Positions 48,850-58,207 are shown, counted from the stretch's first letter. The stretch is 64,000 nt of DNA from Chloroflexota bacterium (GCA_034432775.1 DAOUBH010000024.1:15982-79981), one strand, 5' to 3'. Program-made: numbers and translations. Notes: a model not told the origin generated them from the sequence alone.

Positions 48850-50280
48850 TTATTCGGCACAGCAGGACAGCATTGCGGGATCCTTATAACGCGAGATGGC
48901 CACAAGCTTTAACGCCTCTGCCATGGTAGGATAGACATGTATCATGTCTATAAAGTCGTCTATTTTGGCGCCGAACCTCAGGGCCATGGCTGCTTCGTGG
49001 ATGACCTCAGCGGCATCCCGCATCACTAAGGACACCCCAAGGACCTGATTACTGTCAGCGTCAGCCACCATCTTCACGATGCCTCGCGTATCCCTGGTAG
49101 CCCCAGCCCTAGGGACGATATCCATGGACAAGGTATTGCACCAGCATTTGTGCCCCTTTGCCATAGCCCGTGCCTCGGTTAATCCAACGGTTGCTACCTG
49201 GGGATCAGTGAAAATGGCACGAGGGATCACCGAGTGGTCGACCTTTCTCATCGTCCCTGAGAGGGCGTTCAACGCCGCGATACTGCCGTCGTGGGCGCCA
49301 ACTGGCGTTGCCAGCTGACTGCCCGTATGGCGTCCGATCACATCTCCAGCCGCCCATATGTGCGGAACGTTGGTCTGCAAATAATCGTTGACGGGAACGA
49401 ACCCGGCACCGTCGGTCCGGACGCCAGCCTTTTCGAGGGCCAGGCTGTCCGTGTTGGGTATGCGACCCGTCGCGACGAGTAGACTGCTGGCGGAAAGCTC
49501 CTGCTCTCGGCCTCCTTGGCTCACGATTACCACAATCTGCTGTCCTTTCTGCTGGATCCGCTTCACATGGCCGTTGGTGACTATGGTCACGCCATCGCTC
49601 CTAAGTAAGTCGGTAATTGCCGTAGATACTTCGGGCTCGTGGTCTTTGAGGATCCTTGGCCCTCTTTCCAGAAGGGTTACCTTTGTTCCGAAGCGCTGAA
49701 ACATCTGACCCAGCTCTAAAGCTATGTATCCTCCGCCCAGAATGATGAGGGAAGCGGGCAGTTCCCACATTTCAGCAGCTTCCCCAGCTGTCAGCAGATC
49801 GGAGGTCATGTACGGGACCTCCTCGAGACCTTCGACGTCGGGGATATACGGGCGGCTACCAGTGGCTATAAGGAAGTGCTCTGCTTCCAAAATTTGTCCG
49901 TCCACGGCGATGGCCCGGGGTGACACAAAGTGGGCCTGGCCGTAATAGACGTCGATACGATCGGAGGCGTCGACGATGGAATGGTATTTCTGGCGCCTGA
50001 AATGTTCAACTACCTGGTCCTTCTGGCTCACCAGTTGACGGAAGTCTATCTCGATTGTGCAAGCCCTGAGCCCGCGGTACCGGGGATGGGATGCTTCCCA
50101 GACGATCCTGGCGGCTTCGATCAGATTTTTGCTGGGGAGACATCCTCGGCTCACACAGGTGCCACCCAAGGTACGGCTCTCGCACATGGCGGCGGTCTTG
50201 CCGAGTTCGGCGGCCTTTATAGCTGCCGCAAAGGCTGTGGAACCTGAGCCGAGGATGATCATGTCGTATCGCTTGTTCAT
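48850..50280 (-). CDS. Mercuric reductase-like flavoprotein disulfide oxidoreductase, core only (no NmerA/HMA domain)
   Basis: GGTCVSRGCLPSK redox-active disulfide. FAD/NAD Rossmann motifs. The C-terminal vicinal cysteines (LSCCAE) are diagnostic of MerA rather than Lpd/GR. Confidence 0.7.
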   Translation of the reverse strand: MNKRYDMIILGSGSTAFAAAIKAAELGKTAAMCESRTLGGTCVSRGCLPSKNLIEAARIVWEASHPRYRGLRACTIEIDFRQLVSQKDQVVEHFRRQKYHSIVDASDRIDVYYGQAHFVSPRAIAVDGQILEAEHFLIATGSRPYIPDVEGLEEVPYMTSDLLTAGEAAEMWELPASLIILGGGYIALELGQMFQRFGTKVTLLERGPRILKDHEPEVSTAITDLLRSDGVTIVTNGHVKRIQQKGQQIVVIVSQGGREQELSASSLLVATGRIPNTDSLALEKAGVRTDGAGFVPVNDYLQTNVPHIWAAGDVIGRHTGSQLATPVGAHDGSIAALNALSGTMRKVDHSVIPRAIFTDPQVATVGLTEARAMAKGHKCWCNTLSMDIVPRAGATRDTRGIVKMVADADSNQVLGVSLVMRDAAEVIHEAAMALRFGAKIDDFIDMIHVYPTMAEALKLVAISRYKDPAMLSCCAE

Positions 50281-50402
50281 CTGCTACACCCCACGAATAT
50301 TTAGCGTTGCTCACCTTAATGGTTGCCTGATAAGTCTTCCTAAGGTGGACCTTGGGATCCGAACGAAAGGCGTGGCTCCTAACGGCACGACGGCGATTGG
50401 CC

Positions 50403-50936
50403 CTAACAACAGGGGCCGCCCTTCTGTTGGGGTGTCAGCAGCTTTTCAACTACGACCTTTAGGGTGTTATAGTCGGTCGGGACCTCGTCTCGGTACACCA
50501 CATTGCCGTAGGTGTCGAGAACGACGGTAGTGTCAAGATACCTAACCTGAAACGCCTGTGCTGCCTCTCCCCATCGGTCAATGGCCCATGAGTAAGTGGC
50601 TCGGGGTATCAACGTGCGAAACTTAACTACATTCTGTGGAGTTTCGTCGGGTTCCACATCTACCGCGATCACCTGTAGTCCCTTGGATCCGTATTGCTCA
50701 TATATATCGGCCAAAGCCCTCGCTTCGGGTATGCACGCTGTGCACCAGGCCGCCATAAAGTAGAGGACTAGCGGCTGGTCCGGCCGCCGAGCGACAGTTA
50801 AGGTTCCACCGTCCACGTTTTCCAACCTGATGCCGGATATCGGAGACTTCGGGCCTGGAACACCGTTCTGGGACGGTAGTGAGACTTGGCTCCTCACGAG
50901 AAGCAGTGTTACGGCCAGTATCGTTGCGACCAGCAA
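50403..50936 (-). CDS. TlpA/ResA-like thioredoxin-fold thiol:disulfide oxidoreductase with N-terminal membrane anchor
   Basis: N-terminal TM helix, then LVLYFMAAWCTACIPEA with a CxxC in redoxin context. Confidence 0.7.
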   Translation of the reverse strand: MLVATILAVTLLLVRSQVSLPSQNGVPGPKSPISGIRLENVDGGTLTVARRPDQPLVLYFMAAWCTACIPEARALADIYEQYGSKGLQVIAVDVEPDETPQNVVKFRTLIPRATYSWAIDRWGEAAQAFQVRYLDTTVVLDTYGNVVYRDEVPTDYNTLKVVVEKLLTPQQKGGPCC

Positions 50937-51023
50937 TACTGTCCCTATTCCAAGGCTTCGACCGAGGAGATTGTTCCTTAATAGGAATGTGAACGTACCC
51001 CGATTTATGGTCTCTTCTGCCCA

Positions 51024-51674
51024 TCAGGGTTCCTCCCTGTCCACATACCTTCGTGGAAGCGAAACCTCTGGTTGGCGGCACGTTGTGCAAAAGGCATCGG
51101 AGGGGCGTCCGCCTTGTTTTGCGGTACGTGCAAATTGTTGTACGATTATCGCCCTGACGATGTAGTGGACATTTACGATTACAGCGACAAAAGCCAGAAG
51201 GGCCAACACCGCCTGCCTGTATGCAAAGAACAGGGACACTGGCTCCCAACGGAAGGGAAGAGCGAAGCCTAGGTCCCAAAGGACCCTTAACAAGGCAACC
51301 ATCAAAGCAGCGCCGGTAAGCAGGAAATAGGCTACTCTCAAGGCTGCATTGCGGCTGCGCCTTGCGGAGATGGCGGCCAACCCAGCGACTAGCACTGCCA
51401 TGGGCGCTTCGAACTGGTTGAGGACCGCCAGCGCTCCCACTCCCCCGAGCATCGCAACTGTCTGAGCCAACCATGTGAGCAAGAACGGGCCGCAGCAGGC
51501 AGTGGCTGCGAGCGCGGCAGCGCCTACGGCAGCCACGATCCCCGTCACGCCGTTGACATGCGATCCGCTATCGGGAGCTGTCCCTCTAGAGGCATCCGAT
51601 GTCCGGCCAACCTCCTCGGGCGGCGAACCGATCGAAGTTGGGTGCGGGCCTAGCTCCTTTGATTCCACTGTCAA
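51024..51674 (-). CDS. MerT-like mercuric transport membrane protein (vicinal-Cys TM motif)
   Basis: TM1 AALAATACCGPFLL carries a CC pair followed by proline as in MerT. A second pair, CTTC, is near the C-terminus. 3-4 TM helices. Positioned between merA and the thioredoxin gene. Confidence 0.5.
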   Translation of the reverse strand: MTVESKELGPHPTSIGSPPEEVGRTSDASRGTAPDSGSHVNGVTGIVAAVGAAALAATACCGPFLLTWLAQTVAMLGGVGALAVLNQFEAPMAVLVAGLAAISARRSRNAALRVAYFLLTGAALMVALLRVLWDLGFALPFRWEPVSLFFAYRQAVLALLAFVAVIVNVHYIVRAIIVQQFARTAKQGGRPSDAFCTTCRQPEVSLPRRYVDREEP

Positions 51675-51715
51675 CCTCCGGCAGTAATGTCATGGTCCTG
51701 GCAGGTTTTCAGCCG

Positions 51716-53341
51716 CTATCCAGCGCAGCAGGAGAGCTTGCTCACGTCTCGGTGCACGCCTTGCGCAGCCAGTTTCAGTGACTCGGCCATGGTCAAATAG
51801 GGGGCAAAGGAGTCTGCCAGGTCACTCAGCGTTATTCCAAATCTCATTCCTAAAGCCGCTGCGTAGATTACTTCGCCAGCGTTTTCGGCCACAATGTGGC
51901 AGCCTAACAGGCGACCGGTGGCTGAATCGAACACCAGCTTCACGATCCCATGGGTGTAGCCGTTTACCAGTGCCCTGGGTACTTGGTCCAGAGGTAGCAG
52001 AGAGACTCCGACATCGAGGCCAGCATCTCCGGCCTGAGCCTCCGACATTCCCACAGAGGCGATCTGAGGCATGGTGAAGGTGACTCTGGGCACTATCGAT
52101 AGGTCCACGGGCGTTTCCTTTCCTAAAAGGATGTTCTCCGCCGCGAGCTTGCCTTGGTAGGCGGCTACATATACGAACTGAGGACCACCCGTTACGTCTC
52201 CGGCTGCCCATACACTTGGGTTGGTGGTGCGTAACGTAGCATCCACCTTGATAGCCCCTCTGGGGTCCGTGGCGATGCCTGCCCTTTCGAGACCGAGTTC
52301 AGCGGTGTTCGGTCTTCTTCCCGTGGCTACCAGCACGCTGTCTGCTTGCCAGGAGGCCTCGCGGCCGTTTATCGCGACACGGATTGTGCCGTTACTGATC
52401 TCCAGGATTTCTGCACCTGTAACGATCTCTATGCCCTCGTTAACCAGTGCATCATGCATGGCGGTGCTGAGTTCAGGTTCTTCGAAGGGAGCTATGCGGG
52501 GCATCATCTCGAAGACTGTCACCTTGGAGCCCACCCGAGCGAAGTACTGTCCTAGCTCTAGGCCTATGGCATTGCCCCCTATCACCGCTAGGCTCCGAGG
52601 GGGTACAAGGACGTTCAAGGCTGATGTGCTGGTAAGGTAGTCGACCTTTTCGATGCCCGGTATCGGCGGGATCCATGGTGAGGCGCCGGTGGCAATAAGA
52701 TAGGCTTTGGCCTTGAACCTTCGATTGCCTACTTCTACATGCTGCTGGTCGATGAACCGTGCAGTCCCCGGGATGAGTTCCCATCCGTATGCTTCGATCA
52801 AGTCGATGTACTTCCTTTCTCTCAAGGCGGCCACCAGGGCATCTTTTTGGCCCACGATTCGCGGAACCAGCCCAGAGGGATCGATATTGAGACCAATTTT
52901 CTGGGAGGTGTACAGATCCTCTGCTCCTTTAAGCAGGGCCTTGGAAGGGATACATCCCACGTTAACACAGGTTCCGCCTACCGTGCCCCGCTCTACCATT
53001 ATCACTTTGGCTCCGAGCTCCGTAGCTCGGATGGCAGCGGCAAAAGCGGCCGCACCAGAGCCGATGACCAGCAGGTCTGCGTCGTAAGGCCCCGGTCCAC
53101 TGCTGCCCGCACTCGGAGGCCTCTCTGGTTTGGGGTGCCCGCCTGTATATCCCGCCCGATCCACAGCTCTCTTGAACTGTACGGGGTCGACGGAAGGATC
53201 TGCCAGAAAGGTGGCCCGCCCGTGGATGTGGTCGACTTGGATATTCTTAGCTCCTGCCTGTTCCAATGCCGTCGCGACCCGGATTTCGCAGTCATGGCAC
53301 GTCATGCCTTGTACTGTCATTTCGTATGCACGTAGGTTCAT
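51716..53341 (-). CDS. merA: Mercuric reductase (NmerA HMA domain + catalytic core)
   Basis: HMA motif VQGMTCHDCEIRV. Active site GGTCVNVGCIPSK. C-terminal LSCCAG. Preferred start is ATG 53341 (MNLRAYEMTVQGMTC) with a GGAAGGGG RBS. Confidence 0.9.
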   Translation of the reverse strand: MNLRAYEMTVQGMTCHDCEIRVATALEQAGAKNIQVDHIHGRATFLADPSVDPVQFKRAVDRAGYTGGHPKPERPPSAGSSGPGPYDADLLVIGSGAAAFAAAIRATELGAKVIMVERGTVGGTCVNVGCIPSKALLKGAEDLYTSQKIGLNIDPSGLVPRIVGQKDALVAALRERKYIDLIEAYGWELIPGTARFIDQQHVEVGNRRFKAKAYLIATGASPWIPPIPGIEKVDYLTSTSALNVLVPPRSLAVIGGNAIGLELGQYFARVGSKVTVFEMMPRIAPFEEPELSTAMHDALVNEGIEIVTGAEILEISNGTIRVAINGREASWQADSVLVATGRRPNTAELGLERAGIATDPRGAIKVDATLRTTNPSVWAAGDVTGGPQFVYVAAYQGKLAAENILLGKETPVDLSIVPRVTFTMPQIASVGMSEAQAGDAGLDVGVSLLPLDQVPRALVNGYTHGIVKLVFDSATGRLLGCHIVAENAGEVIYAAALGMRFGITLSDLADSFAPYLTMAESLKLAAQGVHRDVSKLSCCAG

Positions 53342-53357
53342 GGTTAAGCCCCTTCCC

Positions 53358-53723
53358 TTATGTTCTTGAGCAGGTGACGACGCGGCTGAAATTGCGGGAG
53401 AGCGATTCATGGGCCAAGGCCAGTATCTGCTGCACGTTTGGATCGGCTATACGGTAGTACATACGTTGCCCGTCCCGCCTTGCGGTTACAAAGTTGCACC
53501 ACCTCAGGCAGGCCAAATGGTTGGATATGCGGGGCTGCTTCATTCCCAAATGTTCTGACAGTTCTTCTACGCTCTTTTCGCCTTCGAGAAGGGCCTCGAG
53601 AATCCCAAGTCTCACGGGGTCGTCAAGCCCGCGGAACCACTTGGCAAGGGCCTCGAGGTGATCCCAGCCTTCGAGGAGATCCATTGATTCATGCGTAAGT
53701 TCGCGGGTGTGATTGCCAGTCAT
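53358..53723 (-). CDS. ArsR/SmtB-family metalloregulator (mer operon regulator candidate)
   Basis: wHTH region LGDPVRLGILEAL..EKSVEEL..HLGMKQPRISNHLACLRW. First gene of the mer operon. Confidence 0.8.
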   Translation of the reverse strand: MTGNHTRELTHESMDLLEGWDHLEALAKWFRGLDDPVRLGILEALLEGEKSVEELSEHLGMKQPRISNHLACLRWCNFVTARRDGQRMYYRIADPNVQQILALAHESLSRNFSRVVTCSRT

Positions 53724-53741
53724 GCCGCACTCCTCAGAGTT

Positions 53742-53778
53742 ATATCATAATATTATAATACACGTTACATGCTGTCAA
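53742..53778 (-). promoter_or_regulatory. mer operon promoter (TTGACA / TATAAT) overlapped by AT-rich imperfect inverted repeat (candidate ArsR-type operator)
   Basis: The minus strand reads TTGACA-gcatgtaacgtgtat-TATAAT-attatgatata...GAGGAG-N6-ATG. The repeat TATTATAAT/ATTATGATA has one mismatch and overlaps the -10. Confidence 0.4.
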
Positions 53779-53921
53779 GCTGCTAGGCATTCTTAGGGGC
53801 GTCGTCGAGTGAGGAACGACGCAAGCGTTCATCGAGCAGATCGAAGGACCTGCAAATAGTCAGGCCCTGGCATGAGAGTCCCAGGGCCTTTAGATCGGAT
53901 TGGATATATTGGCTGACGGGT

Positions 53922-53992
53922 GGGCCTGGCAGGATTCGAACCTGCGACCTGTCGATTATGAGTCGATTGCGCTACCGCTGCGCCACAGGCCC
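53922..53992 (-). tRNA. tRNA-Met (anticodon CAT; elongator type or Ile2-lysidine; 3' CCA not fully encoded)
   Basis: A manual cloverleaf fits: acceptor GGGCCUG/CAGGCCC, D-arm GCGC-AGCGGUA-GCGC, anticodon loop CUCAUAA, T-arm GCAGG-UUCGAAU-CCUGC, discriminator A. G1-C72 is paired, so it is not an initiator. Confidence 0.85.
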
Positions 53993-54004
53993 CTATCACT
54001 TAAC

Positions 54005-54033
54005 ATTATACTTTTCCGGCTTCGCCCTATCAA
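54005..54033 (-). promoter_or_regulatory. tRNA-Met promoter TTGATA-N17-TATAAT
   Basis: The minus strand reads TTGATAgggcgaagccggaaaagTATAATgttaagtgata, followed directly by the tRNA 5' end. Confidence 0.5.
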
Positions 54034-54207
54034 GGCAGACTGCCTTTTCTGCCGCCACGAACGCGTGCACTATCGTGTCACACCTGTCCGCGATTTCCGC
54101 GCCTATTGTGTCAATGCTATACTCTTCATAGTGTCGAGGACATGCCCACGGTACATCGCGTCGCGCCGTAGAAGCCATCCGGACCGCCGAGGCACAAGAT
54201 ACGGCCG

Positions 54208-54474
54208 TTAGGATGACCCCCCGAGACGCGACCATAGGTCTTCTGGCCAGTCGCGATCGGGCGCCAAATCGGCCTCGAAATCCACATGGCCGCCTTCTCT
54301 CAGCTTGGCCCGGAACAGCCCCACAGGCTTACCGTTGACGAACACGTGCAGTACTGCCGTGGCTGCCCTGAACTTAAGAAGCACTTCATAGGCAAGGTCC
54401 GCTTGTGAGCCGTCAGACCGTCGCAGGGTAGCAGTTCCAACTGCTAGTCGTTGTGTTCTCATCTCATGCCCCAT
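54208..54474 (-). CDS. Hypothetical small protein
   Basis: 88-aa ORF with no recognised motif. Confidence 0.3.
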   Translation of the reverse strand: MGHEMRTQRLAVGTATLRRSDGSQADLAYEVLLKFRAATAVLHVFVNGKPVGLFRAKLREGGHVDFEADLAPDRDWPEDLWSRLGGSS

Positions 54475-54525
54475 CGCTCACCCGAGGTACCCAACCGCTC
54501 GGCAGCACATAGATAGATGTCGACC

Positions 54526-54750
54526 TCAGTAGCAACAACTTTCCTTGTAGCCACACTTTGGGCAGAAGGAAAGTCGTCCACCAGCAAGACTCGGCATCAC
54601 ATGGCCACAGTTCGGGCATTCGTGCAGTTTTTCCGGTGGCGCTAGCACGTTGTCTAACTTCAGTCTATTTCCGCTCTCTCTTGATGACTTCTCTTGTCGG
54701 TCAGTTTCCCTTTGATTCGGCATCCTTAGGTCTCGCCTTGGCCCTTTCAA
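54526..54750 (-). CDS. Zinc-ribbon domain small protein
   Basis: CPNCGHV...CPKCGY gives two CxxC pairs at the C-terminus. Start uncertain. Confidence 0.4.
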   Translation of the reverse strand: MKGPRRDLRMPNQRETDRQEKSSRESGNRLKLDNVLAPPEKLHECPNCGHVMPSLAGGRLSFCPKCGYKESCCY

Positions 54751-54985
54751 TGCGATCTGCTATTCGAGCTCGGGCTATCTGTAGTCGCCTGATCTCGTCC
54801 TTTCGCAGTTCCTCCTGTGCCTCAGCCCTTTGAGCTTCATGAAGTAGCTCCATGAGCTGGTATACCTCTTCGCGGCTCATGGACAGGGTTACTTGTCGAC
54901 CCCTCAGCTGTAGCCAGAACAGCTCGCCTTCCTGCCAGATGTCACCTAGGGGGTTGGATGCCAGAAGCCTTCCATAAAAAAGCAT
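54701..54985 (-). CDS. Hypothetical small protein with charged helical C-terminus
   Basis: 94-aa ORF. A TATAAT-like element lies ~25 nt upstream. Confidence 0.3.
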   Translation of the reverse strand: MLFYGRLLASNPLGDIWQEGELFWLQLRGRQVTLSMSREEVYQLMELLHEAQRAEAQEELRKDEIRRLQIARARIADRIERAKARPKDAESKGN

Positions 54986-55231
54986 GGCAGATATGCTCCA
55001 GATACCTTACGTGAATTATAGGGCTACCTACAGCTCTTGTGGTACCATACTGGATGGGTCCTGCGCAGTGCGCGGCGCTGTTCGAAGTCTTGATCCAACA
55101 CTAACGAACAGGGGCCTGGTCGCTGGCGCTTGCTCAGGGTGGGATAGACCACTAGGGCAGGTTTGCTGGCAGAAGACCCCACCTGGCTAGGCCGGGTTCA
55201 CAGACTTTGCAGCCTACGGCTGGGCGGGACC

Positions 55232-55519
55232 CTACCCTTGATCGACAGGGGATTTGGCTGCCAGAAGTTTGTTAAGCTTCATGGTGAGGCGAGACTTCCG
55301 CCGAGCCGCATTGTTACGATGGATAACGCCTTTCTTGACGGCTCGGTCGATCTCGCTAATAGCTTCCCGCAGATACGTTATAGCCTTGGCGGGATCGCTT
55401 GTGGCTGCCAATAGAGTCTTCTTGGTTCTTGTTTTAATGGCCGACTTAACAGCTCGATTGCGCATTCGGCGTTTGATCGACTTTGTTAACTGTCGGATTG
55501 CTGATCGAGTGTTGGGCAA
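55232..55519 (-). CDS. rpsT: 30S ribosomal protein S20
   Basis: NTRSAIRQLTKSIKRRMRNRAVKS...AARRKSRL. Proposed TTG start at 55519, 7 nt after GGGAGGTG (the ORF track's upstream ATG is unlikely). Confidence 0.85.
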   Translation of the reverse strand: MPNTRSAIRQLTKSIKRRMRNRAVKSAIKTRTKKTLLAATSDPAKAITYLREAISEIDRAVKKGVIHRNNAARRKSRLTMKLNKLLAAKSPVDQG

Positions 55520-55597
55520 CGGTTTGCACCTCCCTTTTGTACTATCCGAATAGCCATTATACATGCCTAGCTGCTCGCGAATGAAAAGGTTAGTCGC

Positions 55598-57169
55598 ATG
55601 TACGCCCGCAATGCTCTATTGATGATGGGGTCCTTTCTTGGTAGCAGGCTCCTGGGTCTCATTCGTGAGCAAGTTATTGCGTCGAAATTTGGCACATCTC
55701 CCGAGTACGACGCCTATTTGGCTGCCTTCAGGATCCCCGACTTTTTGTATCTCGTGATCATGGGTGGGGCTCTGGGGTCAGCCATGATACCTCTCCTGGC
55801 CGAATACTGGGCTCGTGACGACTCTGAGGGCGCCCAAGAGCTTGCGAGTGCGGTTCTGACACTGGGGACAGCTGCGATGCTTTTGGCGGGGACCCTGGCG
55901 CTGATCGCTGCTGAACCCCTAATGAGGTACGTGGTAGCTCCTGGCCTGACAGAGGCTGAGCTCGAGTTATCGATTAGCCTGACACGGGTCCTGCTTCTTT
56001 CTCCCGTGGCCTTGGGGGCAGCGGGGGTCGTTATGGCTTTCCTAAACTCCAGGCACAGGTATATTGGGCCGGCCGTAGCACCGCTGGCCTACAACGGCTC
56101 CATTATTGTGGCCGCTGTAGCGTTAGCGCCCGTCTACGGCATATATGGTCTCGCCGCAGGGGTAATCGTCGGCGCAGTCCTGAACTTTGGCGTCCAGCTG
56201 CCGGAACTTCTGCTACTAGGATACAGCCTCAGACCAAGCCTTCGGTGGCACAATCCAGTTTTGAGAAGGCTTCTCGCACTCATCTTTCCCAGGCTCTTCG
56301 GGCAGGCTGTCTATCAACTGAACTTTGTAGTTATGACGGCCATTGCATCGGGCCTTGTGGCGGGCAGTATATCGGCACTAAACTATAGCCATCTCCTCAT
56401 GATGCTACCCCACGGCATCTTCGCGATGAGCATAGCTGTCACGTCTTTCCCTGTCATGGCCGAGCTGGTGGCCCACAGGAATAAGGCAGGGCTGCAGCGT
56501 GCTGTGTCGTCGGCCCTCGGCATGGTTCTCTTCCTTGGACTGCCGTCAGCCATAGGTCTCAGTTTTCTAGGGCGACCGGTAGTGCGGCTCCTCTTCGAGT
56601 CTGGGGCCTTCAGCGCGGGGTCCACTGAGATGGTGGTCCGAGCTCTAACCTTTATGGCCTTCGGCGTGGTGCCTTACGGTGCCGTAGAGGTGCTGACCCG
56701 CGTTTTTTACGCTCTGGGCGATACCAAACGGCCTGTGGCGGTCGGCGTAATCACTGTCGGGGCGAATCTCATTATGGCGTTGCTGCTGTCGCGGAGCATG
56801 GCTCATTCAGGCCTGGCCCTGGCACTAGTAATATCTACTACCATTGAAATGGTGTTGTTGGCTGTGCTGTTGGGCCGGCACATAGGTAGCAGTTGGGTTT
56901 GGGAGCTAGCTCCGTCGGTGTTGAGATCTGCGGCATCAGCGGTGGTTCTTGTACTCCTCCTATGGGCGGCTATAACCTTAGACGGGGAGTTTCTCTCGGG
57001 CCACCGAAATTTGCAGTCGATAATTGGTCTAGTTCTTACAGTGAGCTGTGGCGCAGCAGTCTATTTGGGAATGAGCCTTGCTCTCGGCTCGCCTGAAGCC
57101 GCCATGCTGACGAAGGTGCCCAAGCAGTTATTTCATGGTGAAGGTTCGGCTTCTACCGACGGAGGATAG
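55598..57169 (+). CDS. murJ: Lipid II flippase MurJ (MviN)
   Basis: 523 aa with ~14 TM helices. N-terminal ..FLGSRLLGLIREQVIASKFGTSPEYDAYLAAFRIPDFLY is the MurJ signature. Confidence 0.9.
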   Translation: MYARNALLMMGSFLGSRLLGLIREQVIASKFGTSPEYDAYLAAFRIPDFLYLVIMGGALGSAMIPLLAEYWARDDSEGAQELASAVLTLGTAAMLLAGTLALIAAEPLMRYVVAPGLTEAELELSISLTRVLLLSPVALGAAGVVMAFLNSRHRYIGPAVAPLAYNGSIIVAAVALAPVYGIYGLAAGVIVGAVLNFGVQLPELLLLGYSLRPSLRWHNPVLRRLLALIFPRLFGQAVYQLNFVVMTAIASGLVAGSISALNYSHLLMMLPHGIFAMSIAVTSFPVMAELVAHRNKAGLQRAVSSALGMVLFLGLPSAIGLSFLGRPVVRLLFESGAFSAGSTEMVVRALTFMAFGVVPYGAVEVLTRVFYALGDTKRPVAVGVITVGANLIMALLLSRSMAHSGLALALVISTTIEMVLLAVLLGRHIGSSWVWELAPSVLRSAASAVVLVLLLWAAITLDGEFLSGHRNLQSIIGLVLTVSCGAAVYLGMSLALGSPEAAMLTKVPKQLFHGEGSASTDGG

Positions 57170-57175
57170 ACGGTC

Positions 57176-58207
57176 ATGCAGGGAGATAGATTTGAGTTCA
57201 TAGTCGGCAGTCCTGTCTATGTAGAGAATAAGGAGGTTGGAAGGCTGGAGTCCATCGTCTATAGTCCATCCCAGAAGCGGATAGTGGCGCTGGTAGTGGG
57301 GCATGGGACACTACTCCACGAGGATATTGTAGTGCCAGCGGAGGTAGTACAGGAAGCTAACGAGAGGGGTGTATGGCTGACAGGTACTCTTCAAGAGCTG
57401 AATCGAATGAAAACCTATCGGCCCCAAGAGTATGTCCATGCGCCTCAGGCGTGGAAGGAATCAGAAGGTCTACAGCGACAGAGAATCCTCTTCGCAATTC
57501 CAGGCGTCCACAGTGGCCTTAGGTCCGCCGAAAAAGGGGCCGCCCGAGCTCATGGGGAGGAAGTCAGCATCAGCAGAACCACCCGCGTCGTGAGCCATGC
57601 AGGCCCCCTGGGAAACGTTCAAATCCTCTTTGTAGACGGGGTTACCGGCCTTGTCTCACAGGTTGGCGTGCAGAGCGTGCCGGTGTTGGGGAGAGCTGTA
57701 ATAGTGCCTTTGGACTGGGCATCGTCGATTAGCGAGGACGAGATTTTCGTGGAAGCCGATAGGGAACAGCTCGAACGGCTTCCCGAATATCGACCGGACG
57801 ACGAGATCGCCGAAGACATTAGACAAGCCCTTTGGTCCGTGTATCCCATAAGGTCCATGGAGCTTGATGCCATCGAGGTATTGGTCCAGGACGGCATAGT
57901 TACCCTCAGGGGCAATGTAGCTAGCCCCTCACATCGCTACTTGGCTGTTCAAGCTGTCAAGAAGGTCCCTGGTGTGCTTCATGTAGTTGATGAACTCGTG
58001 GCGGATGATGATCTTGAGGCGGAAGTGGCGCACGAGTTGGCCAACGACCAACAGCTAGTGGGTCTCCTCCTACGAGTCGATAGTCACCTAGGCGTGATCA
58101 CCTTCGAGGGTAGGGTCCCGACGCCAGAGCTACAGCAACGGGCGGTCGCCATAGCCGAGCGGGTGCCGGGGGTTCGCGAGGTGATAAGCCACATCGTTGT
58201 GAAATAG
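57176..58207 (+). CDS. PRC-barrel plus tandem BON domain protein
   Basis: The N-terminus resembles a PRC barrel. C-terminal repeats (IVTLRGNVASP..AVQAVKKVPGV and ITFEGRVPTPELQQRAVAIAERVPGV) are BON-like. Confidence 0.6.
   Translation: MQGDRFEFIVGSPVYVENKEVGRLESIVYSPSQKRIVALVVGHGTLLHEDIVVPAEVVQEANERGVWLTGTLQELNRMKTYRPQEYVHAPQAWKESEGLQRQRILFAIPGVHSGLRSAEKGAARAHGEEVSISRTTRVVSHAGPLGNVQILFVDGVTGLVSQVGVQSVPVLGRAVIVPLDWASSISEDEIFVEADREQLERLPEYRPDDEIAEDIRQALWSVYPIRSMELDAIEVLVQDGIVTLRGNVASPSHRYLAVQAVKKVPGVLHVVDELVADDDLEAEVAHELANDQQLVGLLLRVDSHLGVITFEGRVPTPELQQRAVAIAERVPGVREVISHIVVK

Noticed and set aside
48731-53992. Mercury locus as a tRNA-integrated genomic island
   Set aside because: It is adjacent to the tRNA-Met 3' end. 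However, there is no integrase, transposase or direct repeat of the tRNA 3' segment (e.g. GGTTCGAATCCTGCC) at the distal boundary, and no obvious GC shift by eye. Island status is unsupported.
54056-54067. Second LexA-like box GAACGCGTGCAC
   Set aside because: One mismatch in the GTTC half. It lies inside the tRNA promoter / hypothetical ORF region. Likely chance.
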